Shown: positions 1 through 7,204 of the stretch, one piece after another
Numbering within the stretch: position 1 is the first letter of the stretch
Layout: every line of letters starts with the position of its first letter
Source of the DNA: Chthoniobacteraceae bacterium
GTDB lineage: Bacteria; Verrucomicrobiota; Verrucomicrobiia; Chthoniobacterales; Chthoniobacteraceae
NCBI GenBank assembly: GCA_031409655.1
Contig: JANNXQ010000243.1
Coordinates: forward strand, 1-10,812
DNA length: 10,812 bases
Direction: 5' to 3'
The notes under the pieces: model-generated
The model's database searches: none
Seen by the model: only the letters and a program-made list of their open reading frames with translations
Told to the model about the DNA's origin: nothing
Program-made: the position numbers and the translations under genes

Positions 1-319
1 CGCGCGCGAAGAGCTCGCGCACGTCGAACTCCGTGGCGTCGCCATGCACGATCTCCTCGCCGGGAAACCGCTCCTGCAAAAAACCGCACATGCGCCCGTC
101 CTTCTCGATGAGCAGCCCGTTCGCCGAGCGCGCGATCGCGAACTCCGTGAGCGCGCCCAGCCCCGGGCCCAGCTCCAGCCACGCCTCGCCCGCCTTGAGC
201 CCGAGCTGCGCCACGATCCAATCCGCGAGATTTTGATCGTGGAGAAAATTCTGCCCGAGGCTGCGCGTCGGCTCCATGCCGATCTGTTCGAGGCTGGATT
301 TGATCTCAGAAAGCGTCAT
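1..319 (-). CDS. rsmA: 16S rRNA adenine dimethyltransferase RsmA/KsgA, N-terminal 106 aa, runs off the left edge (missed by the ORF track)
   Basis: Manual translation from ATG at 319: MTLSEIKSSLEQIGMEPTRSLGQNFLHDQNLADWIVAQLGLKAGEAWLELGPGLGALTEFAIARSANGLLIEKDGRM...IVHGDA. It has the KsgA GQNFL motif, SAM-binding motif I (ELGPGLGALT), IEKD and HGDA. Confidence 0.93.
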   Translation of the reverse strand, partial: MTLSEIKSSLEQIGMEPTRSLGQNFLHDQNLADWIVAQLGLKAGEAWLELGPGLGALTEFAIARSANGLLIEKDGRMCGFLQERFPGEEIVHGDATEFDVRELFAR

Positions 320-386
320 CGGCGGGAGTGGAGCGCAAAAATCCCGGCGAAGCGCGTACATTGCGCGAAAATATGCGTTCTACGCC

Positions 387-406
387 GGCATCGGACCCTC
401 GATGCC
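387..406 (-). terminator. Stem-loop just after the flagellin stop; possible terminator or mRNA 3' stabiliser
   Basis: Perfect 7-bp inverted repeat GGCATCG (387-393) / CGATGCC (400-406), 5 nt past the fliC stop. No adjacent U-tract, so intrinsic termination is uncertain. Confidence 0.4.
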
Positions 407-411
407 TGCCT

Positions 412-1260
412 TTACTGGAGAAGCTTGAGCACCGACTGCGGCAATTGATTGGCCTGGGCCAGCATGGCCGTGCCGGATTGCACGAGGATGTTGTGCTTCG
501 CAAGTTGGGTGCTCTCGACAGCGACATCGACATCGCGGATCCGCGAGATGGCGGCCTCGATGTTTTGGGCTTCGATGGCCAAAGTAACGGAGGCGACGTC
601 CAGTCGCGATTCAGCCGCACCGAGAGTGGCTCGCTCGGTGGCCACGTCTTCGATGGCGGCGATCACGAGATCGGCCACCGCGGCGGAGGTCACGCTGATG
701 TCGTAGGCTGGCGGTGAGCCTTGGGCGAGGATCGCCGCCATATCGCCGTCCTGAAGATTATTCTCCGCGATGGTCATCGTTTGGCCGGCGGCCTCACCGA
801 TGGTGACCGAAAGGCCAGTAGCGTTCGGGCCGAAGAGGACGATCCCATTGAAAGTGCCGAGCGGTGAGGGGACCGTACTGCCGCCGACGGTGTCGCGGAG
901 CTGCTGCTGGAGAGCCACGAATTCCGTCTGATACAGCGCGATGTCACTGGGGTTCTTGGTCACATCCTTGGCCATCATCGCCAGCTCGCTCATCCGTGCG
1001 AGTACCTTGCTCATGCTACTCATGAAGCCATCCGCGGTCTGGATGTAGGACTTCGCGTTTTGCACGTTAGTATTAGCCGCGTTGAGGCGGCGATTCTGCG
1101 CATACATTTTCTCCGAGACCGCCAGGCCGGCGGCGTCGTCAGAGGGTTGCACGATCTTCGAACCGGAACTCAGGCGGTTGAGCGCCTTATTGAGCATTTC
1201 CTGGTTGTTGCTCAGGTTCCGTGCGGCCGAGGTAGCGGCGGAGTTGGTATTGATGATCAT
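412..1260 (-). CDS. fliC: Flagellin, short (282 aa), essentially D0/D1 domains only
   Basis: N-terminus MIINTN...[21 protein letters not shown]...[15 protein letters not shown]-terminus [11 protein letters not shown]...SRIRDVDVA...[18 protein letters not shown]. These are the canonical flagellin terminal motifs. Confidence 0.98.
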   Translation of the reverse strand: MIINTNSAATSAARNLSNNQEMLNKALNRLSSGSKIVQPSDDAAGLAVSEKMYAQNRRLNAANTNVQNAKSYIQTADGFMSSMSKVLARMSELAMMAKDVTKNPSDIALYQTEFVALQQQLRDTVGGSTVPSPLGTFNGIVLFGPNATGLSVTIGEAAGQTMTIAENNLQDGDMAAILAQGSPPAYDISVTSAAVADLVIAAIEDVATERATLGAAESRLDVASVTLAIEAQNIEAAISRIRDVDVAVESTQLAKHNILVQSGTAMLAQANQLPQSVLKLLQ

Positions 1261-1508
1261 GGGCGTGGTTTGGTGAGGTCTGTGGTGAGGGAAGGACGTG
1301 AAAGTATCGGAGGGGTGGAGCCGGCGGGCCGGGCGGCGGCGAGATTACTCTCTTTCATCTGCCGGAAAATTTCGTCGCGGTAGATCGGGAGTTGGCGCGG
1401 GGCGTTGATCCCGATCTTCACGGTATCTCCATCGATGCGGGTGATCCGGATCTCGATCTCGTCGCCGATCATGATACCTTCGCTGGCCTTGCGGGTGAGG
1501 ATCAACAT
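1257..1508 (-). CDS. csrA: Carbon storage regulator CsrA, FliW-antagonised type with C-terminal extension (83 aa)
   Basis: MLILTRK...IMIGDEIEI...[18 protein letters not shown]. The likely start is ATG at 1508. R6, R44 and N55 sit at the canonical positions. Adjacent to fliW and flagellin. Confidence 0.96.
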   Translation of the reverse strand: MLILTRKASEGIMIGDEIEIRITRIDGDTVKIGINAPRQLPIYRDEIFRQMKESNLAAARPAGSTPPILSRPSLTTDLTKPRP

Positions 1509-1513
1509 CGGGC

Positions 1514-1966
1514 TCAGGCGCACTGCGCCGTTTCGCGCTCGTCGATGAGCGCATGTTTGGCGGAAAAATCGTCGCTATTGACGAGGATGACTTGTTTGCC
1601 GATCCGCGTGCGACGGTTGATGACGATCGGTCCGATGAGATTTGCGGTAACGTATTGCCGGGTGCTGCTGTGGACGGTGACGATGTTGTAGATGAGAGCG
1701 TCTTCCGCGGAGGCGAGGTCGAGGTCCGCGGCGTCGTCTTCGCCGAGCTCGAGTTGGTAGCCGGGCAGGAGGTTCTGCGGGGCGACCGCCAGGAAGTGCA
1801 TCTCCTCCTCGCCCAGGGAACGCAGGCTGACAAAGGGCCAGCTATCCGGGAGGGCGGTGATTTCAAAACGTCGGAGCATTGGCAGGCCGATGAGGCCGGA
1901 CGGGAGCTCGATCTCCAGGGTGTCTAGCCCTGGCTTGGTCGGAAGGGATTCGGTGGTTAGTTGCAT
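1514..1966 (-). CDS. fliW: Flagellar assembly factor FliW (150 aa)
   Basis: [17 protein letters not shown]...FLAVAP and [12 protein letters not shown]...GKQVIL motifs. Start placed at ATG 1966 (MQLTT), downstream of the sigma54 candidate, rather than at 2047. Confidence 0.95.
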   Translation of the reverse strand: MQLTTESLPTKPGLDTLEIELPSGLIGLPMLRRFEITALPDSWPFVSLRSLGEEEMHFLAVAPQNLLPGYQLELGEDDAADLDLASAEDALIYNIVTVHSSTRQYVTANLIGPIVINRRTRIGKQVILVNSDDFSAKHALIDERETAQCA

Positions 1967-1991
1967 CGTCGTTGTCGCTTGCAGGGTCCAT

Positions 1992-2007
1992 AGCGGGATG
2001 CGTGCCA
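1992..2007 (-). promoter_or_regulatory. Putative sigma54 (-24/-12) promoter for fliW-csrA-fliC
   Basis: Minus strand reads TGGCACGCATCCCGCT, i.e. GG-N10-GC with a perfect TGGCACG -24 box. The -12 box is CCGCT versus consensus TTGCW. It ends 25 nt upstream of the fliW ATG. Confidence 0.7.
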
Positions 2008-2081
2008 GATGCGGCTGTAGGAGGATTTTACTTGAAGATGCCGTCATCGGAGCGCCACCCGTGCGCTCGGCGAAAACATCG

Positions 2082-2115
2082 GACGCGCCCGGCGGCCGTG
2101 ATCAGGGGGCGCGTC
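2082..2115 (-). terminator. GC-rich stem-loop downstream of flgL; possible terminator of the flgF-flgL unit
   Basis: Perfect 9-bp inverted repeat GACGCGCCC (2082-2090) / GGGCGCGTC (2107-2115) with a 16-nt loop, followed on the minus strand by CGATGTTTT. Confidence 0.4.
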
Positions 2116-2174
2116 GAAAATGCGCCGCCGTCAATCGTGAGGAGGCCGGGCAGGACGCGCGGCGATCCTGAGAG

Positions 2175-3071
2175 CTAGCGCAGGTAATCCAGCAGCGAGA
2201 GCTGCAGCGCTTGCGACCCGCTCTTGATCGCTGCCTCGTAGGCCGTCTGCGCTTGGGTGAGTTCCACGATGGTCTCGGAGATATCCACATCCGTCTCCGC
2301 GCCGGTCAATTTTTCGAGCTCGGCAAAGCGTGACTTATTCTGGCTGCGATCCGCTTCGAGACGGGTCTGCTTGGCGCCGATGTCGGCGATCGTCACCACG
2401 AGATCGTCTTCACTGTTGCGCAGTCCCACCTGGCCGGTGAGCACATTGCCCACGTTGCCGCTGTTCAGCGCGTCCCGCAGCGAGACGAGGTTATTCATGA
2501 AGTCGGCGAATTTCTGATTCTCCACGCCGTCCGTAAAAGGGGAAACCTTCGCGCCTTCCGAGATGCGGACTTCGGGACCGTTAGCGGCACCCACGTAAGT
2601 CACTCCGGTGATCAGCCCATTCGCATCGCGCGTGGCGGTGAAAGGCGGGGTGTCCGTCTTTGTGCCGGCGAAGATATGTTCGCCAGTATATTTGGTATTG
2701 GCGATTTGCAGCGCCTGCTCGATCAAGCCTTCCACCTCCGTGCCATAGGCGCGCATGGCATCGGGTCCTCCGGTGCCGCTCCCAAAAACACTGAGTTCAC
2801 TCGCCCGATCAGAAGTCCTCTTGAGTTGTTCGACGGCCGCAAAGCTTGACTGACTGATATTCAGCGCGCGCCCGTTGTTGCGCTCGAATTGCTGAATCTG
2901 CTGCTTCTCCCCTTGGATATTCAGCACGCGGCCCATCGCCGCAGGGTCGTCGCTCGGGTTGGTGACGCGCTGGCCCGTGGTGATCTGGTGATTGAGTTGC
3001 GCCTGCCGCGACGTCAGGGTGCTGAGGCGTGAGACGAGCGTTTGAGCGACGGTGTTATTTGGGATACGCAT
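2175..3071 (-). CDS. flgL: Flagellar hook-associated protein 3 FlgL (298 aa)
   Basis: MRI...ITTGQRVTNPSDDPAA, ANTKYTGEHIFAGTKTDTPPF, C-terminal DVDISETIVELTQAQTAYEAA...SLLDYLR. Follows flgK. Confidence 0.96.
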   Translation of the reverse strand: MRIPNNTVAQTLVSRLSTLTSRQAQLNHQITTGQRVTNPSDDPAAMGRVLNIQGEKQQIQQFERNNGRALNISQSSFAAVEQLKRTSDRASELSVFGSGTGGPDAMRAYGTEVEGLIEQALQIANTKYTGEHIFAGTKTDTPPFTATRDANGLITGVTYVGAANGPEVRISEGAKVSPFTDGVENQKFADFMNNLVSLRDALNSGNVGNVLTGQVGLRNSEDDLVVTIADIGAKQTRLEADRSQNKSRFAELEKLTGAETDVDISETIVELTQAQTAYEAAIKSGSQALQLSLLDYLR

Positions 3072-3085
3072 GGCTTACGGATCGA

Positions 3086-4498
3086 TTAGATGGCGGTGCG
3101 GTTAATAAGTCCGTCGAGCATTTCGTCAATCACGGTGAGGACGCGGGACGAAGCCTGGTAAGCTCTTTGAAACTTGATGAGGTCGGCCATCTCTTCGTCC
3201 ATCGAGACGCCGCTCACGGAGTCGCGCTGCTTGGTGATCAAGTCCTGGACCAGTTCCTGATCACCGAGCCGGCCATTGATTCCCGAAAGGGTGCCGCCGA
3301 GGCCCGTCACCGTCTTGCTGTAGAATTCTCCGATCGTGCCGTCGATCAAGGCACCTCCCAAAGTCGTGAAAGTCTGGCGCGAGATATCCGCCACCGCGAG
3401 GGCGATCTCATTTGCTCCAGCATCCGCGGTGGCCGTGGCCTTGAGTGTCGTGATGTTCAGGCTCGGATCGATGGCCATGAGCCCAGTCGTCGGAGCGGCT
3501 TGGAAGAAGTTCAGGCCCGTGGGCGAGTACGCTCCGTTCACGGCAGTCGTGATCTGATCGGCGGTGCGCTTGAGGTCGTCGCGCAGGGTCTGGATGGTTC
3601 CGTCGCGAGCGTCGATCTGACCTTTGATCGAGCCGCCCGTGAGGCTTAAAGCCACGGCCGGTGAGCCACCGGAGACCGTCGAGCCAGTAAAGCTGAGACC
3701 ATTGGCGATCCCTTTGTCCACCAGCACGACATCGGCGCCAGCCGTGTTCTTTGCGGTGACCTGGATCTGCCCATGGCCGCCCACGATATTGCGCGTGCTG
3801 ACATCCATGAACTTCCCAAGTTCCTCGAGACGCGCCTGGCGCTGGTCCCGCAGGTCGATGGCGGAATCCGGCCGATCAATTTCAAACTGGGCGATCTCCG
3901 TATTGAGGCTGGCGATCTCTGTGAGAAGACTATCGGCGGTGATTACTCCAGAAGCGGCCTCGCCGGTGAGATCTTCCTGCAGCTTCACCAGGCGGTCGTC
4001 GGTGACGTTAAACTTGTTCGCGAGGATGGAGGACTTTTGCAGCAGCACGGGCTTCAAGCCAGCGTCGCGTGGGCTGGCGGCAAAGCTCTCGAAGGAATTG
4101 AAGAAATCATTGATCGAGGCACTCAAGCCGTCGCCGGAATGAGAAAGATCGCCGATGAAGGCGGAATCTTCAGCGCGGTTCACCTGTTCGCCGAGGTTTG
4201 CTTCCGCCCGTTCGAAGGCGCTCTGTTGGGCGCGGAGATAGGAACTTTGAGAAATTTCCCGCCTTACCGCAACATCGAGAAATCGATCGCGGATTTGCGT
4301 GATCCCCAATGCTTCAACGCCATTGCCGACCGGGCCAAGATTTGAATCCGTGATGACCCGGTCGCCAAGTTGCACCCGCTGGCGGGCGTAGGTCGGGTTG
4401 TTGACGTTGGCCAGATTGCGTCCGGCCACCTGCACCCCGGCTTCGTGGGCGGAGAGGGCGCGGGCTGCGGTTTGAAGGTTACTGAGGAGGCCGGACAT
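3086..4498 (-). CDS. flgK: Flagellar hook-associated protein 1 FlgK (470 aa)
   Basis: GRNLANVNNPTYARQRV, GNGVEALGITQIRDRFL, LRDQRQARLEEL, C-terminal SVSGVSMDEEMADLIKFQRAYQASSRV. Confidence 0.97.
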   Translation of the reverse strand: MSGLLSNLQTAARALSAHEAGVQVAGRNLANVNNPTYARQRVQLGDRVITDSNLGPVGNGVEALGITQIRDRFLDVAVRREISQSSYLRAQQSAFERAEANLGEQVNRAEDSAFIGDLSHSGDGLSASINDFFNSFESFAASPRDAGLKPVLLQKSSILANKFNVTDDRLVKLQEDLTGEAASGVITADSLLTEIASLNTEIAQFEIDRPDSAIDLRDQRQARLEELGKFMDVSTRNIVGGHGQIQVTAKNTAGADVVLVDKGIANGLSFTGSTVSGGSPAVALSLTGGSIKGQIDARDGTIQTLRDDLKRTADQITTAVNGAYSPTGLNFFQAAPTTGLMAIDPSLNITTLKATATADAGANEIALAVADISRQTFTTLGGALIDGTIGEFYSKTVTGLGGTLSGINGRLGDQELVQDLITKQRDSVSGVSMDEEMADLIKFQRAYQASSRVLTVIDEMLDGLINRTAI

Positions 4499-4501
4499 AA
4501 G

Positions 4502-5026
4502 TTAGCTGTGCTCCAGCAATCGGCCAACCCCGGCTGCGGCTTTAACCTTCATTCTCCCATTTGGGGCATAGGTCCTTGAGACCGATCCAGGACTCAGGCG
4601 GGCGCAGACTTCCTGCATCACTTCCACCGTCCGGGCGAGCAGCATCTGGTTTTGCTCGGCGCGGCGGCGGGTCTTGGCGATCAGCCGATTGATCTCACTG
4701 GCGAGCGCCTCTACGAGGGGCCGCAGAGCTTCTCGGAAAGCGGGGATCGTGCCCAATAACGAGATCCGGCTCGGTGGGCGGCCGTCACCGGCAAAGGCGG
4801 CGACGAGGGTCTCGCGGTGCGACCGCCGGGTGCGCAGCGTGGCGAGCTGGGCGGCAAGGTGGTCCTCGATCGCGAGGACTGCGTCGGGTTTGCGATTCAA
4901 AATGGCCTGCTGCTGCTCGTCGAAAACGTTCATTAGGCCACCGTACTCTTCGAGTTCAGCACGCAATGCGGTAACGATCTGCTCCTGCGGGTCGATGATC
5001 CCGGGGCGTTCTTCAAGGTTCAACAT
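4502..5026 (-). CDS. flgN: Flagellar export chaperone FlgN family protein (174 aa)
   Basis: Helical, coiled-coil-like protein directly upstream of flgK. It has the L..EL..Y..L...EQQQAI and N..LL patterns and a C-terminal TY-xx-G (RTYAPNG) typical of FlgN. The call rests partly on synteny. Confidence 0.8.
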   Translation of the reverse strand: MLNLEERPGIIDPQEQIVTALRAELEEYGGLMNVFDEQQQAILNRKPDAVLAIEDHLAAQLATLRTRRSHRETLVAAFAGDGRPPSRISLLGTIPAFREALRPLVEALASEINRLIAKTRRRAEQNQMLLARTVEVMQEVCARLSPGSVSRTYAPNGRMKVKAAAGVGRLLEHS

Positions 5027-5309
5027 GGGTGCTTTCGGTTCCGAGCTGCGCTTGGAGGATGGAGCAGAGACCGAGCCCGCCAGCGCTAGCGATGCTCCCG
5101 GCCAGGGAATCGGTGAGTAAATAGCCGTAAACCTGCCCCGATGGCCCTTCCTGAAGCAGCGGCTTCATCGATTCGGAGAGAAATTGCCGGAGCAGGATGC
5201 TCTCGAATTGTTCGGGCACCTTGGCCGCATCTTTGGCCTTGGGCGACGTCGCGTTGGCGATGGCGTCGGTTTGGGCAGGGCTGAGTAGTTTAATCGAAGG
5301 AATGTTCAC
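5013..5309 (-). CDS. flgJ: Single-domain FlgJ (rod-binding/rod-cap domain only, no muramidase domain), 98 aa
   Basis: EQFESILLRQFLSESM...VYGYLLTDSLAGSIASAGGLGLCSILQAQL matches the FlgJ rod-binding pattern (FE..F...M...GGxGLA..L..QL). Immediately follows flgI; GTG start. Confidence 0.85.
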   Translation of the reverse strand: MNIPSIKLLSPAQTDAIANATSPKAKDAAKVPEQFESILLRQFLSESMKPLLQEGPSGQVYGYLLTDSLAGSIASAGGLGLCSILQAQLGTESTHVEP

Positions 5310-5311
5310 GC

Positions 5312-6454
5312 TTAGTTCATAATGAGATCGGCCTGCAAGGCACCCGCCTTCTTCATGCTTTGAAAGATGGCCATCATGTCGCGCGTGGTGATGCCGAGCG
5401 CGTTCATGGCCCCGGCAACTTGTTGGATCGTCGGTAACTCATCGACCATGCTGAAGCCGCCCTTCTGTTCGGTAACCTTCGTCTCCGTCCCTTCCACGAC
5501 CGCGGTCTGGCCATTGCTGAAGGCATTGGGCTGACTGACTCCGAGGCTCGAGGCGATATTGATCGTCAGTGAGCCGTGGCTGACCGCGACGGTGGAGATG
5601 CGCACATTTGAAGTGGCGATGATCGTGCCGGTGCGTTCATTGATGATGACGCGCGCGATGTTATCCGGCACGACTTCGATGGCCCCGAGGGAGGCGACGT
5701 AGTTCACTTCGTAGCCACGATACTCTTCGGGCACGCAGACGTTTACGGAGGTGTTGTTCTTGGCGATTGCGGTGCCGGGGAAGACGGCGTTGATGGCCTC
5801 GGCCATGCGCGCCGCGGAAGCGAAGTCGGGATTGAGCAGCAGCAGCTCGATGGATTTGTCTCGCACGATCGTCGCCGCGATCTCGCGTTCGACGAGGGCC
5901 CCGCCGCTGATCGCGCCGACGGTCGGATGATTCTTCTGCACGGTCGCGCCACCAGCGCCGCCTTCGCCGCCAAGAAAGCCGCCAACGGCCACCGCGCCTT
6001 GCGCCACGGCATACACCATCTCATCCGCGCCGAGGAGTGGGGTCTGGAGCAGGATGCCGCCCTGGATCGTCTTGGCATCACCGATCGCCGAGACGGTCAC
6101 GTCGATCCGCGATCCGGGCTTGGCAAAAGCGGGGATGTCCGCGGTGATCATGACGGCGGCGACGTTGTCGGACTTGATGGTGTTTGGCGGCACATTGATG
6201 CCAAAGCGTTGGAGGGAGTTGGCGATGCTCTGGACGGTGTAGGAGAGCTTGCTGTCGCCTTTGCTCGCGAGGCCGACCACGAGGCCGTAGCCGACGAGTT
6301 GGTTATCGCGGCCACCTTCTACGGCGGTGACGTCCTTGATGCGCGCGGCGGGTGCCACGGAAGCAAAAGCAAACGCCAAACTCCAAACGCCTAACTTCAA
6401 ACGCCAAAGGCGCGCCCGCCGCTCGACCCAGGTAGATTTGTTTGCTTCAGACAT
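5312..6454 (-). CDS. flgI: Flagellar P-ring protein FlgI (380 aa, with signal peptide)
   Basis: ARIKDV...GRDNQLVGYGLVVGL, NVAAVMITADIPAFAKPGSRIDVTVSAIGDAK, ARVIINERTGTII, AGALQADL. Confidence 0.98.
   Translation of the reverse strand: MSEANKSTWVERRARLWRLKLGVWSLAFAFASVAPAARIKDVTAVEGGRDNQLVGYGLVVGLASKGDSKLSYTVQSIANSLQRFGINVPPNTIKSDNVAAVMITADIPAFAKPGSRIDVTVSAIGDAKTIQGGILLQTPLLGADEMVYAVAQGAVAVGGFLGGEGGAGGATVQKNHPTVGAISGGALVEREIAATIVRDKSIELLLLNPDFASAARMAEAINAVFPGTAIAKNNTSVNVCVPEEYRGYEVNYVASLGAIEVVPDNIARVIINERTGTIIATSNVRISTVAVSHGSLTINIASSLGVSQPNAFSNGQTAVVEGTETKVTEQKGGFSMVDELPTIQQVAGAMNALGITTRDMMAIFQSMKKAGALQADLIMN
6371..6408 (+). repeat. Heptamer tandem array (left arm), inside the flgI signal-peptide coding region
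   Basis: aaacgcc aaactcc aaacgcc taacttc aaacgcc aaa: five 7-bp units. Confidence 0.85.
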
Positions 6455-6478
6455 AGACAGATTGTTCGGAGAGGGGCT

Positions 6479-6516
6479 TTTGAAGTTTGGCGTTTTGCGT
6501 TTGAAGTTCAGCGTTC
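6479..6516 (-). repeat. Heptamer tandem array (right arm), inverted relative to 6371-6408, in the flgH-flgI spacer
   Basis: + strand ttt gaagttt ggcgttt tgcgttt gaagttc agcgttc; its reverse complement is gaacgct gaacttc aaacgca aaacgcc aaacttc aaa. Confidence 0.85.
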
Positions 6517-6523
6517 TTCGCCG

Positions 6524-7204
6524 TCAGAAGGGATTGATCTTATCATTGAGTTTCAGCAGCCAGCCCTTCTTCTGCGCCTCGGTAAGGGTGCCTTCGGAGA
6601 CGATTTCGATCCGCGCATCGGCCACGTTGCTGGAGAGGACGGTGTTATCGGCCTGCACGTCGTAGGTGCGAATGATTCCGCGCAGGGATGCAAATTGGCG
6701 CTCCTTCGAGAAGCTGATCTCCCGGATGCCTTCCACGACGAGGTTGCCGTTGGGCAGGGTGTCGATGACTTGCACGGCGCAGCGGGTGGCGATGGTCTGG
6801 GTGTTCTTGATCTCGCCGCCGCCGGTATAGTCGTTGCCCCCTGCTGCAGCGACGGCGTCGATCGTCGGCACCTTGAAGTCCTTCGGTAATTGGTTCGCGT
6901 ATTTGCCGCGGAGTAACTCGCCAGGAATCTGAATAAATTGATTGATGAGACTGCTGGCCACGCCCGCGACTCCTTTGGCGGCTTTGTCGGTTTTAAGTCG
7001 GAGCGAATCCGACATTGAGACGGTCTCCTGCACGACGATGGTGACGATGTCGCCGATGCGCTTGGCGCGCTTGTCGGCGAACATTCCGCGCTCGTCCGTG
7101 ATGCCTTCCTTCCAGAGCGATCCGCCATGCAGCGGAGTGCCGAGGAAGGTGCCGGCCGTGAGGAGGGGTATGAGTTTAGAAGTGAACCTGGACTTTGCTT
7201 TCAT
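6524..7204 (-). CDS. flgH: Flagellar L-ring protein FlgH (226 aa), no lipobox cysteine
   Basis: GSLW...MFADKRAKRIGDIVTIVVQE, VIDTLPNGNLVVEGIREI, GIIRTYDVQADNTVLSSNVADARI, QKKGWL...INPF. Confidence 0.96.
   Translation of the reverse strand: MKAKSRFTSKLIPLLTAGTFLGTPLHGGSLWKEGITDERGMFADKRAKRIGDIVTIVVQETVSMSDSLRLKTDKAAKGVAGVASSLINQFIQIPGELLRGKYANQLPKDFKVPTIDAVAAAGGNDYTGGGEIKNTQTIATRCAVQVIDTLPNGNLVVEGIREISFSKERQFASLRGIIRTYDVQADNTVLSSNVADARIEIVSEGTLTEAQKKGWLLKLNDKINPF

Noticed and set aside
1302..1311. CCGATAC on the minus strand within csrA, resembling a sigma28 -10 box upstream of fliC
   Set aside because: No TAAA-like -35 box at the required spacing; the upstream sequence is almost all G/C. 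Insufficient support, though not excluded without TSS data.
1967..2047. Longer N-termini given by the ORF track for FliW (also CsrA 1523, FlgG 8818, FlgF 9566)
   Set aside because: The extensions lack family similarity and overlap promoter candidates or upstream genes. Downstream ATGs match canonical starts.
6342..6357. GG-N10-GC element (TGGCACCCGCCGCGCG) on the minus strand inside flgI
   Set aside because: Within coding sequence, poor -12 box, and about 1 kb from the next start codon.
6371..6516. CRISPR interpretation of the repeats
   Set aside because: Units are 7-bp contiguous tandems without spacers, and no cas genes are present.
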